Of a DNA stretch of 64,000 nucleotides, positions 1 through 14,430 are shown piece after piece. The stretch covers positions 9,176,001 through 9,240,000 of the forward strand of contig CM120649.1 in the NCBI GenBank assembly GCA_051362555.1, in the 5' to 3' direction. The notes under the pieces are model-generated. The model worked only from the letters and a program-made list of their open reading frames with translations, was not told the DNA's origin and did no database searches. This DNA is from Lingula anatina (Eukaryota > Animalia > Brachiopoda). Each line of letters starts with the position of its first letter. Positions within the stretch are counted from its first letter, which is position 1. Both the position numbers and the translations under genes were made by a program.

Positions 1-3000
1 AATGTGTGTTAATTATAATTAAAGACATTAATGTTTCTGTCAAATCTTGATCCCCATTCCATGTTTCCAGTGTGGAACACTCATTCACATTCAGATGTAA
101 AAAGTAGACAATGTCGTCAATTTTGAGGCTATATGCAAAGAGACCTGCACAAGTTTCGATTTTATTTTCATGGTGTAAGCGTTTGACCTTATCAACTTGT
201 CGCGAGATGTTAACAGTTAAGGTTAACGCTTACATTTCGCCACTGTCCAGAATAGTAATGACTTATCAGAACCCCTGGAATATCTTATTTTGTAACATTA
301 CACAGAAACACTCAAAGTTTTCATTTGTGCACACAATGAATTTCGAATTAAGATTCCAGAACCATAAAACAGTACTTGTGGTGTACAGCGCTGAGTTCTT
401 TACATTAACAACGCTTTGTCAATCCGCAACTGTTACTTAACATCCAAATACTTATTTAACTGGGACGTCACAAACTATAAGGTGTCGTGTTCAGTTGTGA
501 GGCCCTCAGTTGCCAAAGGTGTCAGTGGAATAATAAAACCAACGCGTATCAGTGTTAATTGTCGCCGTGAAGCTCTCCCGTCCCAGCGCTAGTTACAGGG
601 GGTAGGAAGCCCTCACCGATAGAAAGAGTAAATTGTAAACTCTTTCACAATTCTGCTGTGAATTATCCAATTTTTCAGTCAGCTGATGTGACATTGATGA
701 TAAGACGGCGGACAACATGTCTGCCCATATTGAGGTGTAACATGTTTGCAACATGGCAAATGAATGTTTGAAATGCAACTAACCTGCCGATGGTAGACCC
801 GGACTGCCTCTATTCCCTCTTTTCTTTCGAGTCCCACGAAGGCGAGAGAGCGTGTGGCAGTAACTTTACCCCCATAGTATATACATGTACATACACATAT
901 GCATGCATAGATATATGTTTATCTGTCTATAGGTCCCTGGGCCTCCGTGAGACAAGTCATTTAAAGTAGGGAGATAGCGAACGAGCAAATTATAAATAAT
1001 GCCTTCTTCACTGGTTAAGCGGCAAACGCCGTGCGTTGTAGAGTGTCATTAACATAGGATCACGATATGCACAGAGGGCGGTTTTATGGAAGATTTGGTG
1101 ACAAACGCTAAGGCTGCAATTATACAATTAAACAAAGAGACGCTCTTTTATCACTTACGATCAAAACACTTTAAATGATGGGATCGGGAATTATTTAGTC
1201 TGGATTGTCTGGGTAAATATTGGCACCACAAACGGTTGGCCCTAGTTTGGTATGACTTTCGGCCTAACAACGGCAAAATCATCTGCCAACATCTCTTTCT
1301 ACGTACCTGTAGAACTACTGTGTGTAATTTGTTCGATTATATAGTAACACTTGGGTAGAATGTCATTCCATTGTCAAAATGCGTTAAATAAGCCCTTCGT
1401 ATGAAAATATTTGTAGAGTTTACAAGAATCCTAATTGGATTAATTTTGTTCTTAAAATAAACAACCGGCATAGTGCAAATGTGTCAAAACTGAAAGCACT
1501 AGCAGAGCAATAAAAATACGGGTTTTATGTCACACGGTGTTTTCATATGATACATATCATGCATATATAAAGTGAATTTTATTTCAAATACTTTTTTCGC
1601 TTGCAGCAAGTGATGGTAGGTCGTCGCTTGCGGTCAAACGTCAGGGAACGTGATCAATATGAAACATAGGGCATAGCAAACGAATGAGTCGACAATTAAA
1701 CCCATCGCTTAAAGTTGATAAATTAAATGAACGTTAAATACATTATTATTAAAGATCCAAAAATCAGAGAAACGATCTGCCTGAGCTCAGAGTCATAGGT
1801 GCGCAACAAAACGCATTTTGTCATCAAACTCGGCGCTGTACATAGCGTCCACGTAGCACATCACGGCGGTGGGCATAGAAACGGTTTGATTAATATTTCT
1901 GTTGCGTTTCTTTAAATTTACAAAGTATGTGACAGATACCTTATGATGTTCACTTATCTTACCTTACACTTCCTCCTTCTTTTAAAGTGAAAACAAGTGC
2001 CACCAGTCCTTCTGTGGATCTCCCCTTCTCAGTTAGCCTTTCTGGTATTTCCCTCAGTCTTCTATGTTGTGTTAAGCAAGGGGAGAGGTTCATTAAAGAA
2101 GCATCTACCCAGCAAAGGTAATGCCAACTAAGTTATCGTCTTTATCTCATTATAACAAAGCTACTTACCTGTTTTCATGTGGCAGTGTAAACCTCGAGTA
2201 GCAAGGAGAAGCAGACGCCAAGTTCACGATATGATCAGCTCGCACGACGAACTTTGGCCTCGCTACAGGTTTATGATCAACTAATGACAAATGCAAAATC
2301 GTGTACCTGAAACCGAGGTCTTTTTAAGGAGGCCGCACAGTAAGTTTGCCCGCATGATCTAGCCTCAATATTCATTGTACTATGTTAAACGCCGCATATG
2401 CTTCGGCTTACATCAAATGTAAGAGATGCATGAAATCAAATATTTATAATTGTAAAACGATATGAAGCGTAGAGTAGTGTATATGAAGTCATATTACAAC
2501 TCCTTGGTCATATTCTCTGCACTGCCGACTTCAGTGTAAGAGGAAACTGTTGCTTTTTGTTGTATTATATCTTTCTTATTTCTGCTCACTGCTCCAGTGA
2601 TATGGCCTTAAAGAACGTGAGAAGTTATGGCGAAGATGAGTGTCCAATAGCTAAAATTTATGTTCCATGTCTATCCAAGTAGAAAAAAATGGTTTGAGTC
2701 AATCCCGTAAAAATATTTATCTCTAAAAAGAAATTCAATCCGCTAGATTTGAACGTTGGCGTTGATCGCAAATGTCAATCTGAGAATTCACCCCCTCCCC
2801 CGGTCTCTCTGCTTGTAACCCCCCCTCTCTCTGCTTGTTTCATCCACACCCACCCTTCCAGTCTCACCACTTGTGCCATGCAGCCCCCACCCCACCCCAG
2901 CACCTTATATTATAACAGTTAGCATTGATAAATATATGGTTCTTTTAGTCCTGTAGATTGCCGTATGAAAACTAATAAATTTCTTGCCGCTGGTTATACT

Positions 3001-4768
3001 CAGTGGATTTTTATTTTTAACATCGTATTTTGTATATTATTGCGAGTGCATTTAATGTACTACTAGGTACTGCAGACCTACGCTAGCATATACACAAGAC
3101 AAATCTGAATCTACGTATTTACCGGTATCTACGGTGAACAGATCTTTTATTTACCAAAAGTAAAAAACAAAACCATTATAGTCAATTTTGATCATACATG
3201 TTAATAAATGTATATTTCCTAATGATGCTGATCACAAGAAAGGACACATAACAAAAAAAGAGAAAATGATAAATAAATAAATAAAAATACGTGAGTATCT
3301 GTTTTTATTGAATTGTGAGGAAAATGAAGTTGTATAATTTTTCAACTATGTGTACAGTAATCTCAAATCAAAAGGACATCTTATTTATGCACCCAAGTCC
3401 GTTGTGTGACAGAGAAACGTCGCTGACCCATACTGATTTGGCAACGCGGATACAGGGAATGGGGAGATGGCTGTCCCTACTTTTGGGGCCTCTGGGTTTT
3501 ATACGTTGACATTTTCAATATAAGACGTGAAAACTACGTATTCTTAATCCCGTGTCCCCTCCTTGTCGACACCGTAGTTCTATCCATAGCCCCCCTAATA
3601 TTAAACCCTTTTCCTTGAGGGATTTAATGTCTTCTGCGCCTCAAAATGTCGGGGAAACACCGGCATGATCGCAATGGTCAAACTTGGCACTGTAGACGTG
3701 GGCTTGACCAAGTGGAAGTTTTCTTTCACTTAACATCATGCTTTATGCCTTTGTGACGTGACTTCTTCAAATGATTTTCATTGAAGCAATACCAGATATT
3801 TTATTCTTTATTTTATCCCTTATTTATATTTTTTGATGTAAGCACAATAGAGTAGTTTCTGCAGTAGCCTAGGCAGCGAACAATGTTAAATTGTAACATT
3901 TAAAGCTGAATAAATTATTATTAATAAGAGAATGGAGTGTACACAGCTCGATAAACAACAATAATAACTGTTAACCACGCACATGAAATCAATTCCATAC
4001 TGGCAGAAATCAAGAAGGTGGCAGCATTAGACCCTGGTCTCAGTTTGTTATTGAATTATACACATTTTGAACAGAAACTTGCTGGCATTGATCCTTAAAG
4101 CTTTATAGGAATGAAAGTGCCACAACGACGTTATGTGTGGTTCTTTCTTCTCTTTTTACTTACCTGTTATTTATATTATTTGTTAGGGAGGGAGAAGGGA
4201 GGGTGAGTTTATCAGCCATCACAACTGACCAGCTGTTTGTAGTCCTGATAAACACGTATCTGACATGGTTTTTACGATAATAATTATGTTAAGATACCTC
4301 TACCGACATCATTAGTACTAGCTATCATGATCATCATTTTGATCAATTAGCAAGCATAATGCGACAGTAAAGATACCAGCCACCAAGGGCTGAGATCGCC
4401 AAAGTCGTCGTGTACGCTGTACTCCGCAAGAGAAATTTTATAGATTATTTAAGAGATATATTTATAGTGTCGGTAGATGCACATTTGGCTTGGATGTGAT
4501 TTTATCTGCCTGTGTTTTTACTCTTTTCCTACTGACGTGCGACATGTAATATCGTACCTTTATGTCACCATTTATCAGTGGCGATCAGTACGCTGTGTCT
4601 CGTCAAGGATTTGTATCTCATTAGAAGCTCAATAATATTAATATAGGTATCTGAAGAAAGATATCTCATTATCTTGGAGTATCAGTTTTTCAGAGCTGCC
4701 CAGTCATCTTTGCTTTGTTAGTGCTGAAGACACTAAGACCCCATCAGACAAACGGGCCGAAAGTTTGT

Positions 4769-4860
4769 GATATCTTAATTTTTCTCACGATATCTTGATT
4801 ATTATCATGATACCTTGCTTTTTCTCATAAATCTTAATTTTCCTTATGATATCTTGATTT
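4769..4860. repeat. Degenerate ~20-bp tandem repeat (GATATCTTRATTTTTCTCAY-like, ~4.5 copies)
   Basis: Repeated gatatctt(a/g)att... units at about 20-nt spacing. Confidence 0.65.
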
Positions 4861-7800
4861 GTCTTAGTCTATTTCTTATTATACGGAGCAGTAAGAAAAG
4901 AAAGCGGATTACGTATCAAGTGCAATGACGGCGAAAATCGTTATATTATTCCACAATGAACTCCAAACATCAGGATTCCCCCAATCATCAAATGCACGAT
5001 TGCCATGGAACAGTGTTTTCTCCGTCACTGAGGCCTTGCGTTCCAACCCTGGGTTTGGGGTATTAGTCGATAATGCGTCTTTCAATATCGTTTCAAACCA
5101 TGTTCATAATTGCGAGTGTAATTAATGTTTAAAAATTTTGTTTAAAAGAGACCACAATGATAAATATTGAAGACCGTAAACCACACTAAATGTGGTAATT
5201 TTTCGTACATGTAATTAAGCCATCAGTAAAAAGAATAACTCTTTATCCTTTTGGAACAATTTATACCTTCTAACTAATACAAAGGCCTATATTGCGGTAA
5301 TAAGGAACATTTGACCTTGACGTTTTTGAAGGGATTGGCTTGGTTGCTGAACAGACCTCCTAGCTTTCCTATGATAGCAACAGCCAAGGTCACAAGAGAG
5401 AAGGTGTCAATTTGACTGCTCCTGTTGAATTCCAACTCACCACATTGATAGGAAAAAAGGTCCTAGTCTAAGTATTCAAATCATGACATAGTGGCAAGGT
5501 ATATGAAAGGAGCGGACCCAAAGGTAATAATATTGGGACATTTGGGATTTACAACACTCCAAAATTTTACTCTCGCAATAATGGAATAGTATGTTCCTTT
5601 CTAAGCGTATTTTCTGGCCAGACCTTATGGGGTAAATTGACAATCTTCTCGTGAATATGACTTGACTGTGACTTGATCACGTCTGCACACCCGTTGCATA
5701 GCACCGAAAATTTGAATACTTATCTGGAACAAACGCTACTCGCAAACATAGGGGTCTGTGTTATTAAGAGGAGACTGGATGCATTTTAATAAAGTGTTTT
5801 TACTTGTCAATCCGCTATGCCTGTATGTGCTATCAATATTCATCTGCCACATATTAATATATTAACGTATTTGCTATCAGTAACGACCTTGTTTATAGAG
5901 AGGTTTGTTTTAAACAGTTCGATACATAACTGTGAATAATCGTATCAATCTCTATCGCTGAGGGAAGTTTTAATTGTGGTCTGTGTCTTTAAAACACAAA
6001 AATATCACGTAACTGCTTTATATACGCTCAGGAGCTGATCACAAGAGAGCTCTACCAAAATGACATCGGGGGAGTGGGGGGGGGGGGGGGACTCACATTA
6101 CCGCTTAGAGGAAATGATGCCTAGAAATCATATAGATATTTAAAATTAAACTTGACAATGGTCTAGTGGTTTTTCGTGAGTGATTGTTTTAAATTAATTA
6201 ATTAAAAATGTCATTATTTAAGATTAGGCAATGTTTTGACAGTGACTCGTGTTAAATTCATGTGCCAAAATGATAACAATAGTTCTAAGAATAATAAGAG
6301 TTTGACTGAAGGGAGTGTGTTAGAAGAGACACCATGTCACATCCGGTACAATGTAATGCTCTATGATATGAAGGGGCAACCGAGATACTTGTTTGTCAGT
6401 TATATTTTCGTTTCTGATCAAATCGGAATGTTGGGCACTTTTAAGTTATATCGTGTAGTTCAGAAATATAAAACAATATTCCACGGCTTTGACAGTGCCC
6501 CTTTTTGATACAACCAATGCAACAATATTGAAATCAAGGCATTGATGCTAGTGTACATGTAGTGGTTCTATATGGAGTTCGATAGAAATATGAGGTTTAA
6601 ATAATTTTGTCACGACGACAGTCTATTGTTTAACATGTATGTGATATTTACCGGAAGATTCATCACTTAATCATGAAGACTGCTGGTCACTGTGATCATG
6701 AACGAATTTGCATAAATACTGCAACTGAGAAGCCAGACCCTGTGTTTGCAGCACCAGATCTGATAGAGATGACGGGGTGCACGTCTATAACACGTCTATA
6801 ACAGTGGAAATACCCGGAGTTTAATGAAAACACGTAGAGCTAAATGAAAAGATGTACTTTTCAAAATACACGGTAAGTTTATTGAAGTATTCTTGTCTGA
6901 CAACCATGCGCCTTGCAACATATATGACAATATAGATTCTTTAGCTCTTGCAGAGATAAATGTCTTGTCAATGCTATATGTCTGTCCCTTTCAGGGCCAC
7001 TTAATATAATACTGGTTACTAGTAGCCATGAGAATGAAATTAGTCACTGTTAACTTTATATGACAAGGAATGTTACATCTTCTATAACCGTTTTACAATA
7101 AAAAAAATTGTGAAAAGAAAGATGTTGTCCTAAAATTCTAGAACAGAAGGCCGCTGCAAATCATGTATAAACACCTTATTATATTAAAATTACCAATTAC
7201 ACCCCACGTCAACTTACGGACTGTTTAAAATAAACCGTTTACAAGTATCGTAAGTACGGGTGTGTGGGTGTGTGTGTAGGGGGGGGGGGGGGGGGTCATG
7301 GGGGAGGGGAGGGGGGTCGTCCTTGGGAAGTATCCCCGACTCGGTCTCCACGTATGATGTATCCACACAGTAACGTTATCGTTCACTACAATGGCGGTGA
7401 AACATATTGGCGCAAAACACTCCTTGCACTGGCCCCTGCATATTCTACCCTAGTTTCAACTTACAAAATCATACAAATTATTGCGTCCACTAAATAAAAG
7501 CTATTCGCTTATAAAGTAGCTTTTTTTTTTGCAAAGATGAAAAATGAATCGTATGTAAATCATATCATCATGAATTATTACACGACATTCCATTATCTAT
7601 TTAGTAAAAATATATATAAAGATGTTAATAAGTAAATCTCAATTCGTATTTATAAAGCCTTATACTTCGGATGACTAGCTTAGTTGCTTCAAATGTATAC
7701 AAGTCACTAAGATTACATTTTTATAACGATACAATTGAAGTAATAAACTTCGTGCAAATCAGCTTTCAAAAAGTCAACAATTAAATAATCCATCGAAAAT

Positions 7801-8593
7801 AGCAATTTCTTACTACATTAACCATAATATTGACCTGTTCTGAAGTATCTAACAATTATTCACTGAAGTTTTTATTGTACATGGATATTGAATGATGTAA
7901 ATAAAATACCCGAAACATTCATTCTAAGGTTATTGTATCCTTAGGTGAAAGGCTGTTCTAACATTTGCAGATGTGATTGGTATTTGATGACATTTATGGC
8001 GACGACGACACTACAATATCCGCAAATAATACAGAATAACAATGACGTTTGTAAAAATGAACCTGCACTGTTAGTTTTCTATACTACTAATAATGGTATA
8101 ACATCACATTACCTAATGCACAAAATGTCACTGCCTTGATATGTTTCGCTACATCCCTGTGACTCTCAATACAGAAACCCCCGTCCAAAATAGTTGTGTT
8201 TCACCTGTACATTGGTAGAAAAGTGATTATTCAGGCTTTTGAAATACATCGGTTATTTTCTATTCATTTCACTTGATCAGTTATGCTCATATTCTTGACC
8301 TGTAGGCGTATTTCTATCACTGAAAAATACTAGAAAATTAGAAGGTAAGAAAAACATGGTTTGTAAGTATTTGAGCAAAGAGCGTGTATCAAAACACAAT
8401 GTCGACAGTGACGATATGGACGCAGATGAAAATATTATGTAGAAAATGTCTAAGAGAATACACCACTACAAAGGTCCATTTGTCTCATAGACTACGGTGA
8501 ACTGTACTGGAGGTTGCCTCAGCATTTCCAATTACCCCATGAGAAATTTTGTCTGAAAATTCCAGTAAACCTTAGGATCAGTGTTTATGCCAA

Positions 8594-9829
8594 CTATTTC
8601 TTTGGAATTTTTATGGAAGGTACATGCTCACGAGAGAGTAACCGGTTAAAGATAGTCCACATAAAATGAACGCCCGGGCTCTGCAAATGTGCGAAATAAT
8701 ATCCACGTTTGAGAAAAGTTTTATCAATGTCTCCCATAAACCATAGTGCCATTTTCCCGTTAATTCTGCGGAAGTTCACACCTCCAACTTTGGCGGCTAA
8801 TATCCCAACATATACGTCATCAATCCAATAAAACGGCGTTGTTAGGGACGCTCTAAACATTCGGTTAACTGCACGAGTTGTTGTGACGTATGCCAATCCC
8901 ATTGGATACGTCTGATAAGTGTTGTCTCTGTATTCTTCTGTTGTAACATACCACTGTGTGTTTTTCTTTCTGTAAACTGATGGAGTTGTAATGGCGCCCA
9001 TTATAAAATCTTTCTCTTTCTCGGCTTGAGGCAAATGCTGTAAGAGGCGGACGACAGTAAAAATGTCTGCCATGACATCATCATCCGCCTTAAGTACGTA
9101 CTTTGAATTGTTGCAATTTTGAGAAATCCACTTAAAAGATGCCATATGTTTGTAAGTCATGTTCCGATAATGGTCCCTATAGTCCTCCTGAATGAGATCG
9201 TGATACAAAGCATTTTCTTGGTCAAGTCTGGCGTCTATTGTATTATTTAGTGACAACCCCAAGACAAAGACGGTTTTTACTAACGAATCCCGCGACCCGT
9301 TGACAAGAAAATATTCCGGGCTACCCCACGTTTTACGGATAATATTCCGATTTTTAAAATTCTCCGGTCTGGAGTGAATGATAATGAGCAAGAAAACTTC
9401 TCTTTGAATATCACAGATTCCTCTTGGTTTCATGTAATAATTAAACTCGTGTAAATTCGCTCCTTCAACTTCAAGTTTATGGGCACTAATTTGATATTTC
9501 ACTGAGTGTTTTCCATAATACTGATTAGGTCCTTCGTAAGGTCCCAATGGCTGGGACCGCTCGACCCGCTTTTGTCCTGGTGCTAGACTTACTAGCTTTC
9601 CTCTTCCTTGAGTCAAGTTAACCGATAGCCTTCCTCCGCCTGAGAGCATCAAACCAGGCGATAAAGACTCGTAAGTGACCTCTGTTCCTCCTTGTTCCAG
9701 GCGAGGTCCAGCTTTTAACAAGCGCGGTTTGTCCAAGAAAAAGAAATAAACCATTCCTTGCACAGCTAAGATGAGAACGCTGATTTGGCAGACGCAATAA
9801 AGCTTTGTGCGTGTATGTTTTCGAACCAT
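8594..9829 (-). CDS. GT31 family beta-1,3-galactosyltransferase/GlcNAc-transferase-like protein, 411 aa, single coding exon
   Basis: N-terminal type II TM segment (ISVLILAVQGMVYFFFL). GT31 motifs RNIIRKTWG, DLIQEDYRDHYRNMTYK, KADDD (DxD) and IDDVYVG. Confidence 0.93.
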   Translation of the reverse strand: MVRKHTRTKLYCVCQISVLILAVQGMVYFFFLDKPRLLKAGPRLEQGGTEVTYESLSPGLMLSGGGRLSVNLTQGRGKLVSLAPGQKRVERSQPLGPYEGPNQYYGKHSVKYQISAHKLEVEGANLHEFNYYMKPRGICDIQREVFLLIIIHSRPENFKNRNIIRKTWGSPEYFLVNGSRDSLVKTVFVLGLSLNNTIDARLDQENALYHDLIQEDYRDHYRNMTYKHMASFKWISQNCNNSKYVLKADDDVMADIFTVVRLLQHLPQAEKEKDFIMGAITTPSVYRKKNTQWYVTTEEYRDNTYQTYPMGLAYVTTTRAVNRMFRASLTTPFYWIDDVYVGILAAKVGGVNFRRINGKMALWFMGDIDKTFLKRGYYFAHLQSPGVHFMWTIFNRLLSREHVPSIKIPKK

Positions 9830-10004
9830 GTTACGGCCGGCAGAATTGATAGGTTCTTTTGCCTATGAACCTGATGGCTGTATACAAAAATGCAAAAGTA
9901 TTTTTTTAATTTTTGTACGTAAAATGTGGCTTATTTCTTCACAGTCTACGCCGAGACTTCCTATGAGGTGGTGACCTGACTAGGTTTGTAGCTCAGAAGC
10001 GCTG

Positions 10005-10034
10005 TGACGTCATACACATCTCTACCTGACGTCA
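10005..10034. promoter_or_regulatory. Two perfect CRE palindromes (TGACGTCA) upstream of the GT31 gene
   Basis: TGACGTCA at 10005-10012 and 10027-10034, about 180-200 bp upstream of the ATG at 9829. Function is inferred. Confidence 0.4.
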
Positions 10035-12773
10035 GTTTTCCCCGTGCTGCAGGTAAATCCTGGTATTTGATGTATGTGCCTTGACATTTACATTATAAAA
10101 CTCTCTCAGAACGACACTGTTTGCCCCTTATGTCTGGTATATTGCTGTCCACTGCCGGTTGTCTAAAAAATAAATAAATAAAAATAAAGATAAACTGCGT
10201 TATAGAATGCAATGTGTATGATTTCGCGAATGTGAAACTCTATAGAAGAAAGTGAATAGACTACTGCTTACGTTCCTGTAGTCATAATCAGTCGGAAAAA
10301 TACAACTGATAATAATAATAATAATAAACAAGCCCGCACATACGCGGCTCACCTCTGTGTAAAGGGTAAACTCAATGCATATGCAAATAAATGTTACAGT
10401 AAGAATTCAGAAGGCCAAGTTGGTAACTAAAACCTACACTAGAAACTTAAATCAACATCGTAAAAACTAAAATATTCTATATTAATATTATTTCAAAATA
10501 TAATGAATGTAAATAGCGTTTAAAATATACATATAAAGAGTTGCTGAAATCAATTCAGATCTTGTGGAAATAAAAAATATTGATATTAAAATCATGAAGA
10601 AGTTTGGAGACTCTCCTGAGGATTCTTAAGTCTAAAAGCACTGCAAAGAGCAGGCTGAAAATGAATAGATATAAGACGCATAAACCACTAAATTACATGT
10701 CCATAGCAGTCTGGGGGACACAATGTGAAGTTTTTCTATATCACTTAACTGGCCACTCCCTTCCCATCTCGTCACGTTCATAGACTTCCAAGAAACTGTA
10801 GGTGTAGCACTGTAGCGAACCTGGCCATGGAGGGGTGAACAGTGTGAACGTGTCATATTTATACTCGACATTGACCATTCGAAAACCTAGTCTGGAAGAT
10901 GGTGTTCACATTACTCACATGTATAGGCCTACCTCAAGGTGTGAACTCACCTGTTAAGGGGAGCCCCACATTGTTAACAGCTTACATACAGTGTACTAGT
11001 AGTGCAGGGAAATGAGTAAATGTACATAGGCGTCCGAAAACATAGTTCCATGTCTCTGCATCGTTATTTTTCTTGTTATCTTAAGTGCTTAACGCTGCCT
11101 TAACACCTGGATGCATGTCGCCATGTTTTCACGCACACTGTCTGGCAGTTGCTGTTTATCCACCTGAGGTACTGCATTGAACCACAGTGATAGAAAACAC
11201 AGCGCCTAGCAGATACATGTGGTCGCCACAGGCCGAGGCCCAGACAAAGATGGATACAGCGTACCAGTACGATCAATGGCGAAATGAAAGGACTCGCCAG
11301 GTGCCTTAACATGACCTACTTTTACCTGTCACCATCAGGTGTGCTCCGCAGCAAATGCAGGACATCGTTCCCTGGGGTACAATGACTGCTTAAACGACTG
11401 GAGACCGATCGGCTACTGCTGTGACTTTAACCCCTTAGTATAAAGAGTCTGTAATTAATCCGATTGATCGGGACTTCACCGTTCGCCCGTTCTGGGTGCG
11501 TTCAGGACGCTTCCTAATATACCAGTATTAAAATGGTCAAACTGAAAAATTACTCTAGTAGATATACTTGTTGTCCAGTATAGGTTTCCGGGAATGCACC
11601 AGTTTACATATACCTAAATATACCCACATACCATTAGCTATGATGTATATTGGTTTGTAAGTACTGTAGATAGATAGTATCTATCTACTTACAAACCAAT
11701 ATACATGTGATTACTTGTCAATATATATATATATATAGGTATATATATAAACGTACCAGTTTAACAGTACATATACTTACATCCATATGTACCACTATAC
11801 ATAGGCCTATATTTACATTACATATATATACATACAAATACATATAGCTCTTTGCGGTCACAGAAAATTAAAGTGCAAAGTTTTTCATATTTAAACGATT
11901 AACTAAGAAAACAAATTCAGTAATGCTTGCATTAAAAATGATGAGCAAAGCGAAGATGCCCAAAAAAAGTCCCCAAAACCTACCTGAATGTGATATTTGG
12001 TGAGCAACAGTTCAAGTACGCTTATGAATTGGAAAGAGTACACGTACGATGTGGCCGCTATTCAAGATGTTTAGCTGAGATACATGCAAGGACCGGGGTT
12101 GATACGAATCATTGTAATTATCCAGCGGAGTACGAGGAAGTTCCGATATGCATCACTCGTGTAATTACAAGCACTACTACAAGCTAGGCGGAGGCGTCTA
12201 CGGACCAATGTTGCCGAAATCACAGCACAGTGCCTCGTTCTCGATGTCTGATTATATTCCTAAGTCTCGCTGTGCTACTGACCGAGGAGATGTCATAGAC
12301 CGGTAGCTTTACGTGACTAGCAGTTAATGTTGTCCTGTTTTTCTTCTTTGGGATAAAAAGATTTTGTGAGCAAAGTGTCTTCAGAGTTGTTTGTTGTATT
12401 TAGACACATTTGTTTTAGGCCGTCTTCCCACGACTTTGAAAAGACCGTTGATTACGTGTATGCATTGTCTACAAAGGAAACTAAGATAGTTTTACTGATT
12501 TTCATGAGCTACGACAACGTCCAATGCCTTCGCCCGGCGGGAAAAAAGGGAGCGTGAATCTATTTCAACCAAAACTGTCTAACGGAATAAGACAGATGCT
12601 TATTACGCAAAAAAAAAAAAAAAAAAAAAAACTGAATTTGCAATTTAGCCGTTTACCATGAAGTTAAAATCTGCTTAATGTAATGCAATCGAAATCCACT
12701 GTCAAAGCTCGAGCAGACAACTCTGTGGAGATTTGAAAACCCTTGTCAAGTCTCCGTAAAGGACGTAGATAAA

Positions 12774-12778
<5 letters not shown>

Positions 12779-12817
<39 letters not shown>
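12779..12817. repeat. (GA)n microsatellite
   Basis: Seen directly. Confidence 0.95.
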
Positions 12818-12819
<2 letters not shown>

Positions 12820-13207
12820 GTTAACTCACGAGCAGCATCCTTAATATGATTAAAAATCAATATAAAATAATATATGCCTGTGCCAGGTATACTGACTCTC
12901 TTTTCTTGTCAACTCCATAAGTCAATACTTGGTGGCCATGTTATATAATATACTGCGGAGAACACAGTTATACGTGAATAGCAATATAGGCAATTGTAAT
13001 ATATATATGGATGATTAGTAGAAAGTGAAATACAAACTATGTTTGAAAGCAAAGCAATATAGCCTACGTACAGAGTAGACTTAATATAATATGTTCCGGG
13101 ATGAGCTGACAGCGCGGTGTGCAGTCGTATTTAAGTCGTGGCTGTACAAATCTTATTTAATTTTTCTGGATAATCTTGTCTTTTAGAACTACCCCAGCGT
13201 CATAGAC

Positions 13208-13295
13208 CAGATCCCAATTTACTCCCGTTAATAACTGGACTAGGGCAGATCCTAATCTACTCCCGTTACTAACTGGACTAGGCCAGATCCCAATT
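13208..13295. repeat. ~38-bp tandem duplication (~2.3 copies)
   Basis: Unit cagatcccaatttactcccgttaataactggactaggg repeated with few changes. Confidence 0.8.
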
Positions 13296-13923
13296 GGGCC
13301 TTTGTCATTATTGACAGCATAGTGAGCGTTTTTATATTGGCCAAGTAATTTACACGTGACCTGCCAGTGTAGTCGTATAGCATACGTAATTGAATTGTGG
13401 GTGTTATAGATCAAGGTCTATCATATTAAATTTACATGTCTGGCAAATGAAATTTAGCTTAAAAAATCATCTGTTGATGATGGACTATTGAATTAATATT
13501 TAAAGAAAAATCATTTTATATCGATAAAAAGGAAAGGAATCTTTTATTTTAATCTTTTATTTTAAAAAGCAACAGATTTTAGGAAAAAGCCTGCCCATTA
13601 ATATTTTGTACAGCTTTTTAGATAATCTCTTCATTTTCTTAAGAATATATGATATGTACAAAGAAAAGTGTGAGTCGTTTGCCACCCAACAGTTATAAAC
13701 TTTGTAATACTTGCAGGAACATCTATTTAGTATTCAGGTACCTTGAAGGGGAAGTTATATAGATCAGCTAAAAAAACTAATTGAACCCAGTAATAACTAC
13801 TGTGAAATGACCAACATCAATTGTGAAGGTTTGAAGGTATTATATCTTTAAATCTTCATTGCCCAATCAATGCCTTTGGTGACTCGCACTCCCAGTGTAC
13901 TGCCATGGAGTCTGGTTCACATT

Positions 13924-14085
13924 CAGGGCCGTAGCCTGAGCAAAATGCCAGGGGGGGGGGGGGGGGGGGGCAGTTAGCGGACACGAGGGGGCGAAGCTAC
14001 CGAGGGGGGTGGGTGTGGTGTGTAAAATTCCAAATTCCAGGGGGGGGCAGCTGCCCCCCCTGCCCCCCCGGAGGCTACGGCCCTG
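13924..14085. mobile_element. MITE with CAG termini (hAT-like), 5-bp TSD
   Basis: TIR CAGGGCCGTAGCCT...AGGCTACGGCCCTG. ACATT duplicated at 13919-13923 and 14086-14090. Confidence 0.85.
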
Positions 14086-14226
14086 ACATTGACGAATCTT
14101 AAAACTCATTGAAATACATGCATGATGACTGTAAAAAACGGCTCCTATTAATTAGTGATTCACTGGACACAATCCATGTACAAAATTCATGTACCGGAAA
14201 AAACACGTGCAAATTTGCCTATCACC

Positions 14227-14430
14227 CAGTGGCGGATTTTTGAAAAAACTCACACCGATGGTCCAGTCTTGAAGTTACAATTTTGACTGGCTTAATCATA
14301 TAGTTCTAAATTGTATCAAATGGCGCCGTTCGCCAAAATATATTGAAGGGCCACGTCAAGGGGGAGGGAGCGGCTTCGCATCCGTGGACCCCGCCCCCCA
14401 CCCCTTCAAATAATCCTGGATCCGCCCCTG
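14227..14430. mobile_element. MITE with CAG termini (hAT-like), 5-bp TSD
   Basis: TIR CAGTGGCGGAT...ATCCGCCCCTG. TCACC duplicated at 14222-14226 and 14431-14435. Confidence 0.8.

Noticed and set aside
1-8500. Short ORFs and scattered splice-like motifs
   Set aside because: No recognisable protein similarity or coherent exon chain; treated as intergenic or degraded repeats. No tRNA or rRNA gene was recognised here or elsewhere in the window.
10327-12293. Possible large minus-strand HINE-like element (aaacaagcccgc... to ...cgaggagat)
   Set aside because: End motifs are only suggestive and there is no second copy in the window to fix boundaries.
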